64,000 bases of DNA from Cellvibrionaceae bacterium (GCA_045430295.1 JAILXX010000003.1:213383-277382); one strand, 5' to 3'. Counted from the stretch's first letter, positions 48,101 to 58,236 are shown. A program made the numbers and translations. Notes: generated by a model from the letters alone, not told the origin.

Positions 48101-49540
48101 GATGAAGTTTCTTTGTTGGGTAAACGTGAGGGTGAGGACAATCATGATGTTTCCCCTTGGGAATTCGACTTTAGTAGTGACCTGCTGAATGGATCTTTAT
48201 TTTGGAATGAGGCTAATAAATATCCTTTTGAGTTGGATTTTAGAGAAGTAAGAATCCCGCTGGTGTTCAGTGATGGTGATTTAGATGTTGATGGAGGTTC
48301 GGAAGCATCTTTGGGTCGTGAACAGGACGATTTTTCTGATCCTCTGAAAGATTTTGACCTTTCTGGCTTGCCTGCAGCTCGAGTCAATATTCAATCTGTA
48401 CATGTAGGAAAGACGGATTACGGTAGTTGGAGTTTTTACCTTAAACCTGAAGATAATCAGGTTAGGATTCATCACCTGACAGCTCAGGTAAAAGCCATGG
48501 TCGTAGGCGACCTCAATTGGAGAGCGAATCTTGTAGCTCGGGAAAGTAATTCCGAAAAGAGTCTCCAGAGAAAGTCAAAGAAAAATACAAAGCAAGGTGG
48601 CGGTACGGTATCGTCGATTGATATAGCCCAGATTAAGGCAATAGAAGATACCGATGAGTTTATGACTTTGTCGTTGCCAGAAGTGGTTTGGATTTCTGAT
48701 GAGAATGGAATGCGCAGCGTTTTTAAAGGGGTATTTTCAACGAAAAATATTGGTGACGTGGCAAAAGCCTGGGGGCATGAAGAAGTCATTAAGAGTAAGC
48801 GGGGTGATTTCTATGCAGAGGTGACCTGGCCGGGGTCGCCATTGAACTTTGATATTTATGCCCTTCAAGGCGATATGAAAATGACGTTAAAACGTGGTCA
48901 GTTTTTACAAAACGAAGCCAAGGTGGAAAATCCGGTACTAAGGCTTGTTGGGTTGTTTAATTTCGATAGTTGGGCTAGACGGCTGCGCTTAGATTTTTCG
49001 GATTTGTACAAGAGTGGTATGAGTTACGACCGTATGGATGCAAGCTTACATTTAGAAAAAGGGGTAATTACCCTAGCTTCACCTCTTAAGGTAGATACGC
49101 CATCTAGTGAATTGGAAATGATGGGTGTAATTGATATGAATAAAGAAACTTTAGATGCGGAATTAACTGCAACTCTTCCTGTGGGTGGGAATCTTGCCAT
49201 GATTGGGGCTATTGCGGGTGGTCTGCCTGCCGCCATTGGAGTGTATGTGGTGAGTAAAATCTTTAAGAAGCAAGTAAAGAAAGTCGCTAGCGTACACTAT
49301 AGTATAAAGGGGGAGTGGGATGACCCTAAGGTTGAGTACACCAAGCTGGAAGAAAAAAGGTCAAAAAAACCGTCACAAGATTCGAGTATGCTTGGTAATC
49401 AAGATACTGATAGAAAAGAGGATAGCAAGGAAGAGAGGCCGAACCTTAAAGTGAATGCGGACTCTAACCCCGAAGGCGTTGGTAAAACGGTTTCTCAAGA
49501 GGGTAAATCTTCTCCAGTGCCAGAATCAGAAGCTCATTAG
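45179..49540 (+). CDS. yhdP: YhdP/AsmA-like large envelope protein
   Basis: The 1453-aa ORF has an N-terminal TM anchor and is beta-rich throughout. Its position after rng matches E. coli and Pseudomonas. The C-terminal tail is a low-complexity Lys/Glu/Ser region. Confidence 0.8.
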   Translation: MNLSRRFLSLLSRFVWQLTVVFFIVVAVVVALGRELAPLADSYRPTILSIVNEIIGVPLDAHQVGVRWKGIIPAIEVKNATVLGLDGERSLTLGQLVVDINPWLSLWHWKPVLYRLQIIEPQVYLEKDDNKQWQLSGIPRKAEGNKVSLKSVMDAMLYSHLVELRDAHFVFQSKSGVSRRVFTPRIGIDNMKNFHRLTAVVGFEQAGSVEVLLEGRGDHNREGGMALSGYFKSESLDVAVLSRMLGYEWHSERSSIIDLSLWMESPNSNEIEIKGQVNLDHFSGVKDKLGRQIIPALNSFSAQLNGLGRYEEGWRISLNNIAGDLGGEAFPVDQLAFRGSWGGLLMSDTTSYEKKGQKPEVSIGFGDFQASDILSMKLFKNFLPEKTQKILQEMSPDAQVANAWVDVFDDSESPIFFRGNFFNAEVKPWKGVPQVARSHGYFEVEKLTGRVVLNSQDGFDITFPKIFDSSSGYSEVNGELRWSIYPEENYFTLYSGPVTLKGEAGIIAGDFALYEAINRKVEGAVGSDLFLNLGLTQGKSEHLETFLPKQIKPELKQWLLSAIKGGEVTNGSVIYRGSVRKDASEGLRTLQLGFDVDKAELDFHPEWPFLESLNGQVLVDGRHFSGLVERAGFKGSLLENVRFQSRGDLAVTTLNVQGKAISTVPDSISLLNETPLQKAVGNVFRGWSGEGALKAVLDLQIPLYKDAKPDDYRQKVAIAFSDANLDLTEQNIQFDRLRGSLQFDSKDGLSSPWLKASLWGSDVEATVTHDDKHFALLKANTQLSVDMINQWLKQPLLSFYQGQSQFETRLVIPRRNSSKDTPYPELLISSNLEGVESNLPMPFQKEVSSKSDLLISVPLSDGVKEDQGSRSIKLTLDNSAESLLYFRKNKFIGAHVSLGDAGLPSLTSRNLIAVNADLDRLDFLQWKAFLDQYAGKEAEKYGADSLVGTTGDSSSMDWLINAKLKQFVLKDFVIDEVSLLGKREGEDNHDVSPWEFDFSSDLLNGSLFWNEANKYPFELDFREVRIPLVFSDGDLDVDGGSEASLGREQDDFSDPLKDFDLSGLPAARVNIQSVHVGKTDYGSWSFYLKPEDNQVRIHHLTAQVKAMVVGDLNWRANLVARESNSEKSLQRKSKKNTKQGGGTVSSIDIAQIKAIEDTDEFMTLSLPEVVWISDENGMRSVFKGVFSTKNIGDVAKAWGHEEVIKSKRGDFYAEVTWPGSPLNFDIYALQGDMKMTLKRGQFLQNEAKVENPVLRLVGLFNFDSWARRLRLDFSDLYKSGMSYDRMDASLHLEKGVITLASPLKVDTPSSELEMMGVIDMNKETLDAELTATLPVGGNLAMIGAIAGGLPAAIGVYVVSKIFKKQVKKVASVHYSIKGEWDDPKVEYTKLEEKRSKKPSQDSSMLGNQDTDRKEDSKEERPNLKVNADSNPEGVGKTVSQEGKSSPVPESEAH

Positions 49541-49595
49541 ACAAGTAATCTCTGATGTAATACCAACTCACTCATGATGAGTTTTGGAGTGAATA

Positions 49596-50450
49596 ATGAA
49601 TTTATCCGCTGCTGTTATACAAATGGTCAGTGGCCCTGATGTCGATGAAAACTTGGAGCGAGCTGCGGCATTGATTGCGGATGCAACTTCAATGGGTGCT
49701 GAATTAGTTGTATTGCCTGAAACGTTTGCCTGTTTTTCTACTCGCTTGCAAAAACCATTGGCGCAAGAAGCTCTAGCAAACGCAAATCATGGTCGCGTTC
49801 ATCAGTTTTTATCGGCTCAAGCGGAACAGCATAATATCTGGTTAGTGGGAGGGACCGTACCCGAATTTTCAATGGAGAGAATGAGCCAAGAAAATCCTTT
49901 TACTACTTCTATTGTTTATTCCCCGAAAGGACAACGTGTCGCAAGTTATCATAAAGTCCATTTATTCGATGTTGATGTGGCGGATGCTCAAGGTAGTTAT
50001 CGTGAATCTGATACGTATGCAGCGGGTTCAGAGGTGATCGCAACAGGTATTGAAACAGCGGATGGGTCGACAACCCTAGGGTTGTCCGTTTGTTACGATT
50101 TGCGCTTTCCTGAGCTTTATCGACTATTAGCGCTAAAAGGCGCTGCTGTCGTGTCTGTACCTGCAGCTTTCACAAAAAAAACAGGCGATGCCCATTGGCA
50201 GTTATTGCTTAGAGCTCGCGCGGTGGAAAACCAGTGTTTTATGATTGGTGCCAATCAGGGGGGGCAGCACGGTCCTAGTCGTCAAACCAGTGGTGGTTCT
50301 TGCATTGTGAGCCCTTGGGGAGATGTGTTGGCAGAAGTAGATTACGGAGAAGGTGTCGCCGTTGCCGAATTGGATTTATCACAGTGCAAGGATTTGCAGA
50401 GTCGTATGCCCGTTTTTCAGCATCGTCGTTTCTTTCTTAAAGACGAATAA
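49596..50450 (+). CDS. carbon-nitrogen hydrolase family protein (Nit/omega-amidase-like)
   Basis: The 284-aa ORF has an E-K-C triad context: VVLPE, YHKVHLF and LSVCYDLRFPE. Confidence 0.85.
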   Translation: MNLSAAVIQMVSGPDVDENLERAAALIADATSMGAELVVLPETFACFSTRLQKPLAQEALANANHGRVHQFLSAQAEQHNIWLVGGTVPEFSMERMSQENPFTTSIVYSPKGQRVASYHKVHLFDVDVADAQGSYRESDTYAAGSEVIATGIETADGSTTLGLSVCYDLRFPELYRLLALKGAAVVSVPAAFTKKTGDAHWQLLLRARAVENQCFMIGANQGGQHGPSRQTSGGSCIVSPWGDVLAEVDYGEGVAVAELDLSQCKDLQSRMPVFQHRRFFLKDE

Positions 50451-50524
50451 TTGTTTCTATATTAATTCTGCCGCTGTAAGAAATATCATCCGCTGACGAC
50501 AAAGTTGTATTTGAGGTATTGGCC

Positions 50525-51058
50525 ATGAAAACCTACCTGTTTCTTTTCGCTTTTCTATTGCTTCTGGTTTCCTGTGGAGGGGCAAAAGGCAGTGATGATC
50601 ATCTCAAGAATGGTTCAATGACCCTTGCTCAAGCAAAGATGCTGATTCAGAAAGGGGAGCAATTGGAAACCATTCCTAAAAAAGTCTGGAAGCAACTCTT
50701 ATCGAAAGAGCAGTACTATATCCTGTGGGAGCACGGCACCGAACGGGCTTTTACAGGAGATCTTCTCGATAACAAAGGAAAGGGCACCTACATCACTGCA
50801 GGCTGTCAGTTACCGGTGTTTCACTCCGACCACAAATTTAAATCCGGTACTGGCTGGCCCAGTTATTGGGAAGTCTTTGATACAGACAATATTGTGCTGG
50901 AAGAAGATACGTCGTGGGGAATGCGTCGTATTGAGGTGAAGTCTAAGTGTGGTGAGCATTTAGGGCATGTGTTTGATGATGGTCCTGACCCCACTGGATT
51001 ACGCTACTGTATTAATTCCGATGCGCTTTTATTTATGCCTGAAAACTCAGATTTATAG
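50525..51058 (+). CDS. msrB: lipoprotein-type peptide-methionine (R)-S-oxide reductase MsrB
   Basis: A lipobox (LLLVS-C-GG) follows the signal peptide. The SelR core has GTGWPSY, HLGHVFDDGP and the catalytic RYCINS. Confidence 0.8.
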   Translation: MKTYLFLFAFLLLLVSCGGAKGSDDHLKNGSMTLAQAKMLIQKGEQLETIPKKVWKQLLSKEQYYILWEHGTERAFTGDLLDNKGKGTYITAGCQLPVFHSDHKFKSGTGWPSYWEVFDTDNIVLEEDTSWGMRRIEVKSKCGEHLGHVFDDGPDPTGLRYCINSDALLFMPENSDL

Positions 51059-51094
51059 CTCTTATCTGTAATTAGGCTAATTCAGTGAGAGGAC

Positions 51095-51619
51095 TTAAGC
51101 TTCTAACGTTTCTCGTACCAACTTAAATAGTTTTCGCGCAGAGGAGGGAGGCTTGTTGTTCTGCTTTTCTTTCGCTGCATTTCGAATCAGTTGCCGTAAG
51201 CTTTGAATGTCGGTATGGGGGAATTCGTCGATAAAGGCATTTAGGGCGGCTTTATCATCGCTATCTAATAGTCGGTCACGCCAGCGTTCTGCTGAGTGAT
51301 GTAAGTGAACAGCTTGTTTACTTTGTTGTTGTAGCTCATCAAAGCGTGTGCGAATTGGTTCGGGATCAACGTTGCGCATCAGTTTGCCGATGTATTGTAG
51401 TAATCGACGTTTGGCTTCATTTTTTGTGGTTCGCTTCATGAGATCAATCGAATCTCGCAATTGATCGTCCAATTCGAAGCTGTCCAGTTGTTCGCTACTG
51501 AGTTCAACTAATTGCTGGCCAAGTTCTTGAAGCTCACGCATTTCTTGTTTGATTTGTGATTTTGACGGGCCAGTCTCTTCTTCAAACTCTTCGTCGTTCT
51601 GGGTTTTGTAATTACTCAT
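51095..51619 (-). CDS. yjgA: ribosome-associated protein YjgA (DUF615)
   Basis: The 174-aa ORF has GPSKSQIKQEMRELQELGQQLVELS, typical of YjgA/DarP. Confidence 0.8.
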   Translation of the reverse strand: MSNYKTQNDEEFEEETGPSKSQIKQEMRELQELGQQLVELSSEQLDSFELDDQLRDSIDLMKRTTKNEAKRRLLQYIGKLMRNVDPEPIRTRFDELQQQSKQAVHLHHSAERWRDRLLDSDDKAALNAFIDEFPHTDIQSLRQLIRNAAKEKQNNKPPSSARKLFKLVRETLEA

Positions 51620-51674
51620 GATGAAATACTTATTTGGTATCTTTCGGCTTTGTGGGGTAACTATTAAGCTAGGT

Positions 51675-53033
51675 TTAGGCGTAGAAGGCTGTTGCTAGCC
51701 CCAAGAATGACATAAAGCCCACTACGTCGGTAACGGTAGTGAGTGCCACGCCGCCAGCGAGGGCGGGGTCAACTTTCATGGCTTTTAACGCGATTGGAAG
51801 TAATGCACCCGCAAAGGCTGCGGTCAGTAAATTAATGACCATAGCGGCGGCAATAATGGCGGCAATTTGTATATCGTTAAACCACCAGCCAGCGATAATC
51901 GCCATGGCCAGTGACCAGAGTATTCCGTTAAGAAAACCCACTCCCAGTTCACGATTCAGTAACCACTTGATGTTGCCGCTGTTGAGGTGGCCTAGGGCCA
52001 TACCTCGAATAACAACTGTTAGTGTTTGGCTTCCTGCAACGCCGCCCATGCTGGCAACAATGGGCATGAGGATAGCGAGGGCAACAACCTTGTCGATAGC
52101 ATCTTGGAAAATATTGATGACTGCAGAAGCCATCAGTGCGGTAAGGAGGTTAATCCCAAGCCAGATTGCACGGCGAGGTGTGGCGCGCTTAACGGGTGCG
52201 AAGGTATCTTCTTCCTCGTCCAAACCGGCCATGCTCATGAGTGAGTGTTCGGCGTCTTCTTTAATTACGTCTACCACATCGTCAATGGTAATGCGGCCTA
52301 ATAACTTGTTATCTTCACTCACCACCGGTGCCGATACCCAGTCGTGTCGTTCAAATAATCTCGCGACTTCACTGTCGTGTAGCTCAGCGGGAATACCCTC
52401 GATATCGGTGACCATTACTTCTCGAACGGTAAGATCGGGATCGCTGGTTAGTAGTTTGTTGAGGGGTAGGATACCGAGAAAGACATCCTTCTTATTCACT
52501 ACAAAGAGGTTGTCGGTAATTTCTGGGAGTGCCTCGTGGCGGCGCAGGTAGCGCAACACAACATCTAAGGTAACCTTCGGCCTTACGGTGATGGTATCTG
52601 TATTCATCAAGCCGCCGGCGGTGTCATCGTCGTAGGTTAAGACGGTTTCAACACGGTGGCGGTCTTGAGAGGACATGGAAGTCAGTACTTCCTGCATGAC
52701 TCGGTCGGGAAGTTGTTGGAGGATATCCGCAATATCATCCACATCTAACCCCTCTGTCAGGGAGACAACTTCTTGTGCGTCTAACTGCTCTAGGAATTGC
52801 GCCTGCAGGTTGTCATGAAGGTGCTGAATAACCTCACCGGTATTTTTTTCTTTGATGAGCTTCCACAGAATTTGTCGATCTTTGACAGGGGAGGATTCCA
52901 GCAAGTGGGCAATATCTGCAGCAGGCATGCTATTGAGTAAGCGCTCAACTTGCCGGAAGGTTCCACTGCTGAGAGCGTCTTCAAGGGCGACGCGCTGAGT
53001 TTGTGCTTTACGGTCTACGGCTACAGATTGCAT
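51675..53033 (-). CDS. mgtE: magnesium transporter MgtE
   Basis: The 452-aa ORF has an N domain, tandem CBS domains and 5 TM helices with the IVASMGGVAGSQ motif. Confidence 0.9.
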   Translation of the reverse strand: MQSVAVDRKAQTQRVALEDALSSGTFRQVERLLNSMPAADIAHLLESSPVKDRQILWKLIKEKNTGEVIQHLHDNLQAQFLEQLDAQEVVSLTEGLDVDDIADILQQLPDRVMQEVLTSMSSQDRHRVETVLTYDDDTAGGLMNTDTITVRPKVTLDVVLRYLRRHEALPEITDNLFVVNKKDVFLGILPLNKLLTSDPDLTVREVMVTDIEGIPAELHDSEVARLFERHDWVSAPVVSEDNKLLGRITIDDVVDVIKEDAEHSLMSMAGLDEEEDTFAPVKRATPRRAIWLGINLLTALMASAVINIFQDAIDKVVALAILMPIVASMGGVAGSQTLTVVIRGMALGHLNSGNIKWLLNRELGVGFLNGILWSLAMAIIAGWWFNDIQIAAIIAAAMVINLLTAAFAGALLPIALKAMKVDPALAGGVALTTVTDVVGFMSFLGLATAFYA

Positions 53034-53074
53034 GGTGCCCCTTGAGGTGACTGAGAATACATGTCTTAAGGGAA

Positions 53075-53083
53075 ATTATATCA
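53075..53083 (-). promoter_or_regulatory. extended -10 element (TGATATAAT) upstream of mgtE
   Basis: The minus strand reads TGATATAAT about 40 nt upstream of the mgtE ATG. No good -35 is present, which is consistent with an extended -10 promoter. Confidence 0.35.
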
Positions 53084-53187
53084 GCTGTTTTGCTGGAGTG
53101 ACGGAGAAAGTGGGAATTTCAGGTTTTGCGATTCAGGTATTGATAGGTGGTGATTGAGTGCTAAGGGGTTGGCTTCCGAGCTGGCGC

Positions 53188-53457
53188 TTAGCCACCTTCA
53201 CCAAAGTAATCATTGATAAGGTCGGAAATGGTTTCCATTGCCGTGTCTTCGTCATCACCGTCGGTTATCACTGTGATGTCGGTTCCTTTTGAGGCGGCCA
53301 GGAGCATAAGGGACATCACGCTTTTTCCGTCAACCTCTTTGCCTTTACACACAATACGTACACTGGAGCCAAAACGAGCACAGGTCTGTGCAAGCTTTGC
53401 AGCAGCGCGGGCGTGAAGGCCTAGTTGGTTGATGATGGTGAGTTGCTTTTCCTGCAT
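53188..53457 (-). CDS. ptsO: HPr-family phosphocarrier NPr
   Basis: The 89-aa ORF has the GLHARAA active-site His context. It lies in the rpoN-ptsN-rapZ cluster. Confidence 0.9.
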   Translation of the reverse strand: MQEKQLTIINQLGLHARAAAKLAQTCARFGSSVRIVCKGKEVDGKSVMSLMLLAASKGTDITVITDGDDEDTAMETISDLINDYFGEGG

Positions 53458-53692
53458 GGGGTAACGCTAAATATCCTGTTATTCGTTTTCCTGTACCGGG
53501 CCATGGACGTGTTACCGTACATTGATGTCACAGCCTTAGCGCGGGTGGGTCGCCAGGCGCGAATATTAACGCATTTTGCAGCGCTTGTATTGTGGATATC
53601 CAGAGCACCTTTGAAAAATAACGAGCGGGGGCTGGCTGACCATTAACACTCTTTTTAAGCGTTGTTCTAGCTTATTCTTATGGGGATAATTC

Positions 53693-54559
53693 TTACGATT
53701 GTCCAAGTTCTCGGTGTCGCAAAATGACATTATCAAAGCTTTTTGAGAAATGTTTGTATAGGCGTTCACTCAAATAGACAGAACGGTGTTGTCCCCCTGT
53801 ACAGCCTATGGCAATGGTCACATAGCTGCGGTTCATTGCTGCAAATTTGGGTAGCCAAATTTCTAGAAAGCCGCTGATGTCGGTGAGCATTTGATGAACT
53901 TCATCGTGCTTTTCTAAGAAATTGCAGATCCCTGAATCGGTACCGTTCAGGGAGCGCAGCGCTGGGTCCCAATAAGGATTGGGAAGGCAGCGTACATCGA
54001 AGACAAAGTCTGTATCCACGGGGACACTGTGTTTGAAGCCAAACGAGATAAATTGGATCAGCATTCCGGATTTGCGGTAGATCGCCACTTGGGTTTTTAC
54101 TAAATCCCGTAGGGCGTAAAGATTCAGTTGGCTGGTATCAATGGTTAGGTCAGCCAGGTTTTTAATGGGGCTTAGCAGTTCAGCTTCTTGATCTAGAGCT
54201 TCTTGTAGGCCAGTGCCAGTGATGCTTAATGGGTGGCGGCGCCGTGTTTCGCTGAAACGCTTAATAAGGATTTCCTGGCGAGCATCCAGATAAATGATCT
54301 CGATAGAGATATCGGCTTCTTGTAATTGCTGATAGATATCAGGGAAGGATTTTAGGTCGCTGACAGGGTTGCGAGCATCAATACTTACAGCTACATCTGT
54401 CGTGTCATCAGTGCGGGGGTTATCCTGATATTGCTTAACAAGAGAGGGTAATAGGCTGGCGGGCAAGTTGTCGATGCAGCTGAAACCAACGTCTTCGAGC
54501 ACGTTTAATGCAGTGCTTTTGCCTGACCCTGATCGGCCGCTAATGATGACCAAGCGCAT
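53693..54559 (-). CDS. rapZ: RNase adapter protein RapZ
   Basis: The 288-aa ORF has Walker A GRSGSGKS and a C-terminal CTGGQHRSV. Confidence 0.9.
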   Translation of the reverse strand: MRLVIISGRSGSGKSTALNVLEDVGFSCIDNLPASLLPSLVKQYQDNPRTDDTTDVAVSIDARNPVSDLKSFPDIYQQLQEADISIEIIYLDARQEILIKRFSETRRRHPLSITGTGLQEALDQEAELLSPIKNLADLTIDTSQLNLYALRDLVKTQVAIYRKSGMLIQFISFGFKHSVPVDTDFVFDVRCLPNPYWDPALRSLNGTDSGICNFLEKHDEVHQMLTDISGFLEIWLPKFAAMNRSYVTIAIGCTGGQHRSVYLSERLYKHFSKSFDNVILRHRELGQS

Positions 54560-54646
54560 GGAGGGATCCCAAAACAGCGATGACTGATGTTGTAGCTTTT
54601 TAAAACGTTTTTATGAGGGCTAGCTTAACAAACCCTTGACTGAAAA

Positions 54647-55108
54647 TTATTTTAGCACAGCTTCTGCAGTGGCAACTTCAAAAAGTTGTTTGGCGTTTTC
54701 AGTCGTTCGAAGTGCCTTTCGATAGCTGTCTTCCATAAACTTTTCAGCGAGTGCTGAAAGTGCTTCTAAATGTGAGTCGTTAGATTGCTCTGGCACAATC
54801 ATCACAAACAGTAGGTCAACAGGTTGGTTGTCGATAGAGTTAAAGTCTACTGGCTCAGTCAGCTTAATGAGGGCGCCGATAGTGTCAGAGCATTGCTTAA
54901 AGCGGCTGTGGGGAATGGCTATGCCATGGCCGAGACCTGTGCTGCCTAATTTTTCCCGCTGGATAAGGCTTCTGAAGAGGTCATCGGGGTCGATGCCTGG
55001 GGTTTTACTGGCGATAAACTCAGCGATGAGTTCCAGGGTCTTCTTCTTACTGCTGCCTTCAAGCCCCCATAGGGTAAGCTCAGGGGTGAGTAGTGACGCG
55101 ATCTTCAT
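54647..55108 (-). CDS. ptsN: nitrogen-PTS enzyme IIA (EIIA-Ntr)
   Basis: The 153-aa ORF has the GLGHGIAIPH phosphorylation-site motif. Confidence 0.9.
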   Translation of the reverse strand: MKIASLLTPELTLWGLEGSSKKKTLELIAEFIASKTPGIDPDDLFRSLIQREKLGSTGLGHGIAIPHSRFKQCSDTIGALIKLTEPVDFNSIDNQPVDLLFVMIVPEQSNDSHLEALSALAEKFMEDSYRKALRTTENAKQLFEVATAEAVLK

Positions 55109-55215
55109 TCAGTGTGAAATGCCAGCTGATGAGTAGTACAAATGGGCAGCGGCGTCAGTGCGTTGATAAATAGCACCCCTCGCCACTGCAGGTTTAGGTG
55201 TCAATAATATACGAA

Positions 55216-55524
55216 TTAAGGTCGGATAGCAGTACGTTTGCGATCCCGAGTTTTCTCTTTGTGCTTAATCAGTTGGCGATCTAGTTTGTCTGCTAGCTGG
55301 TCGATAGCTGCGTATAAATCTTCAGACTCAGATTCTGCAAAAAATTCTGCACCGCTAACGTGGACAGTGGCCTCAGCTTTTTGAATAAGCTTGTCCACAG
55401 AGAGGATAACGTTGTTACTAGTGATTTGATCGTTGTGACGCTGGAGACGGTCTAACTTGTTGATGACGTAGTCACGGATAGAATCGGTTACCTCAAGGTG
55501 GTGGCCACTAATATTGATTTGCAT
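55216..55524 (-). CDS. hpf: ribosome hibernation promoting factor (short HPF)
   Basis: The ATG at 55524 gives MQINISGHHLEVTDSIRDYV, as in E. coli HPF. AGAGG lies about 10 nt upstream. The track's TTG start adds 2 residues. Confidence 0.9.
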   Translation of the reverse strand: MQINISGHHLEVTDSIRDYVINKLDRLQRHNDQITSNNVILSVDKLIQKAEATVHVSGAEFFAESESEDLYAAIDQLADKLDRQLIKHKEKTRDRKRTAIRP

Positions 55525-55646
55525 AAGCAATTACCTCTTCGTCGTATGAATTCCTAAGTTTCAGTATAGGTGCTATTTTTGGAAGGGTGTTGATTTAAAC
55601 CAAAAAAAACGTCCCTTTAGGTTGAATACAGCGAACAAAACTCTTT

Positions 55647-57257
55647 TTAAACCAAGCGCTTACGTTCATTCGAAGGCGGAATGTTAAGCGCTTCGCGGTA
55701 TTTCGCAATGGTACGCCGCGCCACTTTGATACCTTCTTCTTCTAAAAGTTTAGTGATCTTACTGTCGCTGAGAGGTTTTTTCACATCTTCGTCGGCAATA
55801 AGTTTTTTGATGCGGGCTCTGATGGCGGTAGAGGAGGCTTCGCCCCCGGAGGTAGTACTTACGTGGCTGGAGAAGAAGTACTTCAGTTCGAAAATACCTT
55901 GAGGAGTATGCATAAATTTCTGTGTGGTGACGCGGGAAATGGTGGACTCATGCATTTCCACTACTTGGGCAACATCCGCGAGAATTAGGGGTTTCATGCC
56001 TTCTTCTCCACGCTCTAGGAAGTCTTTCTGGTGCTCCACAATACAGCTGGCAACTTTCAATAAGGTTTCGTTACGGCTTTGAAGGCTCTTTAAGAACCAG
56101 CGGGCTTCCTGGAGGTTATCTCGAAGGAAAGTATTGTCGGCACTGTTATCTGCACGCTTAATCAGTGATGCATAATCATTGTTAATGCGCAGGCGTGGGG
56201 CGATGTCTGGGTTCAGTTCAACCAACCAGCGATCTTCGGCTTTCCGCACAAACACATCCGGTACAACGTACTCTGCATGAGTAGTTTGGATTTGATCTCC
56301 CGGGCGAGGGTTTAAGCTCTGAATCAGGTCGATAATCGCTTTTAGATCTGGCTCTTTCAGGCGCATACGGCGCATCAAAGTACGGTAGTCACGACTACCC
56401 AAAAGCTCTAGATGATTTTTTACCAGCTGACAGGCGCCTTTAAAACAGTCGTGTTGGTTGTGTAATTGACGCAATTGGATCAGAAGGCAATCTTGTAGGC
56501 TTTCAGCGGCCACACCTGCGGGATCAAACTGCTGTATGCGATGCAAAACGGCAAAAATCTCGTCGTTTTCCAGTTCTTCTAAGTGAGGCTGAAGGCCAAG
56601 GAAGATGTCATCAATGGTGGAACCCAATAAGCCACTGGGTTCAACGGCGTCGATAATCGCTTCGGCAATCACCCTGTCGCGATTGCTCATAGGGGTGAGG
56701 TTCAGCTGCCACTCTAAATGATCCTGTAGCGACTCCGTTACTGTGTGGCGGTTGTCGTAATCAAAGTCATCATTCTCTGGGGCAGCCATAGATGTGGTTG
56801 GCTGCTGAGGTTGATAAATGTCGTCCCAAGAGGTATCTACGGGAAGGTCTTCGGGGATTTGTTCGTTCGAAGATTGGGTTTCCCAGTTATCGTCACTAGA
56901 AAAATCATCGCTGGATTCGACAGTGAAATCATCGGCGTTAGCGCCCTGGTTTTCTTCTGAAAAGCTGTCGTCTTGAAAGTCGTTATCGAGGTCGTTACTG
57001 GTTTCTGAGTTGTTGTCGGTAGCGTCTGCGGTTACTTCAGAGAGTTCGTTGCCTTCTGTGCCGTCTATGGAGCTTTCGTCACCGGAATTTGGGTTGTTCT
57101 CGTCTTCGTTAACTTCCAAAAGAGGATTGGAATCCAAAGCTTCTTGAATTTCTTGCTGGAGATCGAGAGTAGATAGTTGCAGCAGGCGGATTGCCTGTTG
57201 CAGCTGGGGCGTCATGGTGAGCTGCTGCCCGATTTTAAGCTGTAGCGATTGTTTCAT
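55647..57257 (-). CDS. rpoN: RNA polymerase sigma-54
   Basis: The 536-aa ORF has region I ([11 protein letters not shown]), a long acidic region II, and the RpoN box [10 protein letters not shown]. Confidence 0.95.
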   Translation of the reverse strand: MKQSLQLKIGQQLTMTPQLQQAIRLLQLSTLDLQQEIQEALDSNPLLEVNEDENNPNSGDESSIDGTEGNELSEVTADATDNNSETSNDLDNDFQDDSFSEENQGANADDFTVESSDDFSSDDNWETQSSNEQIPEDLPVDTSWDDIYQPQQPTTSMAAPENDDFDYDNRHTVTESLQDHLEWQLNLTPMSNRDRVIAEAIIDAVEPSGLLGSTIDDIFLGLQPHLEELENDEIFAVLHRIQQFDPAGVAAESLQDCLLIQLRQLHNQHDCFKGACQLVKNHLELLGSRDYRTLMRRMRLKEPDLKAIIDLIQSLNPRPGDQIQTTHAEYVVPDVFVRKAEDRWLVELNPDIAPRLRINNDYASLIKRADNSADNTFLRDNLQEARWFLKSLQSRNETLLKVASCIVEHQKDFLERGEEGMKPLILADVAQVVEMHESTISRVTTQKFMHTPQGIFELKYFFSSHVSTTSGGEASSTAIRARIKKLIADEDVKKPLSDSKITKLLEEEGIKVARRTIAKYREALNIPPSNERKRLV

Positions 57258-57508
57258 TCACGATACGACTTGTTGTGGCGAAATAGATAAGCCAGTTAAA
57301 AGCAATACAGCCTTGTGCCTATTCTGCGCCGGTAATCCTAGGTTGGCACATAGGTAGTGTAGTTCGGAGGGGCGTGATGGGCAATAAATTCCTAGCAAAA
57401 ACTGAGCCTAAAAAACGAACAGTCTTGGTGCGTATTCACAGTATTTGCAAATTCAGGCTGTATGCAGTGAGTAAACCTTCACCTTACTTAGTGAAAATAC
57501 GTTGAAAG

Positions 57509-58234
57509 TCAGAGAGTGAATTGCTCTCCCAGATAAACTTTTCTGACGGTGGCATTGTTGAGAACGGTTTCGGCATCGCCTTCAGCGATAATGTGGCCAT
57601 CACTGACAATGTAAGCTTTCTCACAAATATCCAGGGTTTCGCGAACATTGTGATCGGTGATCAGTACCCCGATTCCACGTTCTTTGAGGTGGGTGATAAT
57701 GGTTTTGATATCCCCTACAGAGATGGGGTCGACGCCGGCAAAGGGTTCATCCAGTAGGATAAACTTAGGATCAGTGGCAAGAGCTCGAGCAATTTCTACT
57801 CGGCGGCGTTCACCGCCAGATAGGGCCATGCCTTTGCTGTCGCGAATATGAGTAATATGGAATTCCCGCAGCAGTTCTTCCATTAATTCTTTGCGCTGAT
57901 TGCGGTTTAAATCCCGGCGGGTTTCCAAGATACCAAGGATATTTTCTGCAACGGTGAGCTTGCGGAATACAGAAGCTTCTTGTGGTAGATAGCCTATACC
58001 CCGTTGAGCACGGCCGTGCATGGGCAGGCGGGTAATATCTTCATCGCCAATGCTAACCAGGCCTTTATCGGCGGCTACAAGCCCGGCAATCATATAGAAA
58101 CAGGTGGTTTTACCTGCGCCGTTAGGGCCGAGTAAACCAACGATTTGGCCACTGCTTACGCTGAGTGAAACATCGATTACCACCGGGCGTTTTTTGTAGC
58201 TTTTGGCTAAATGAGCTGCGCTGAGTGTTGCCAT
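57509..58234 (-). CDS. lptB: LPS export ABC transporter ATPase LptB
   Basis: The 241-aa ORF has Walker [10 protein letters not shown], the signature LSGGERRR and Walker B FILLDEPF. Confidence 0.95.
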   Translation of the reverse strand: MATLSAAHLAKSYKKRPVVIDVSLSVSSGQIVGLLGPNGAGKTTCFYMIAGLVAADKGLVSIGDEDITRLPMHGRAQRGIGYLPQEASVFRKLTVAENILGILETRRDLNRNQRKELMEELLREFHITHIRDSKGMALSGGERRRVEIARALATDPKFILLDEPFAGVDPISVGDIKTIITHLKERGIGVLITDHNVRETLDICEKAYIVSDGHIIAEGDAETVLNNATVRKVYLGEQFTL

Positions 58235-58236
58235 GA

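Noticed and set aside
51739-52551. 270-aa plus-strand ORF inside mgtE
   Set aside because: It is fully antisense to a well-supported mgtE. Its Ala/Ser/Thr-rich low-complexity translation is typical of antisense frames. The same reasoning applies to 12859-13488 (antisense to oadA), 40551-41096 (mreB), 18506-18976 (fumarase), 26564-27070 and 62467-62961.
53458-53692. Unusually long (235-nt) rapZ-ptsO spacer containing TGTGGATATCCA
   Set aside because: These genes are usually tightly packed, so I looked for an inserted element or sRNA. I found only short weak palindromes and a single imperfect DnaA-like 9-mer that is part of a TGGATATCCA palindrome. That is not enough to support a feature, and the spacer may simply hold the ptsO promoter.
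57258-57508. Sigma-54-type promoter TGGCAC at about 57345 in the lptB-rpoN spacer
   Set aside because: The TGGCAC is followed by ATAGGTAGTG, so no TTGC -12 element sits at the required spacing. It also lies on the plus strand, opposite to the flanking genes.
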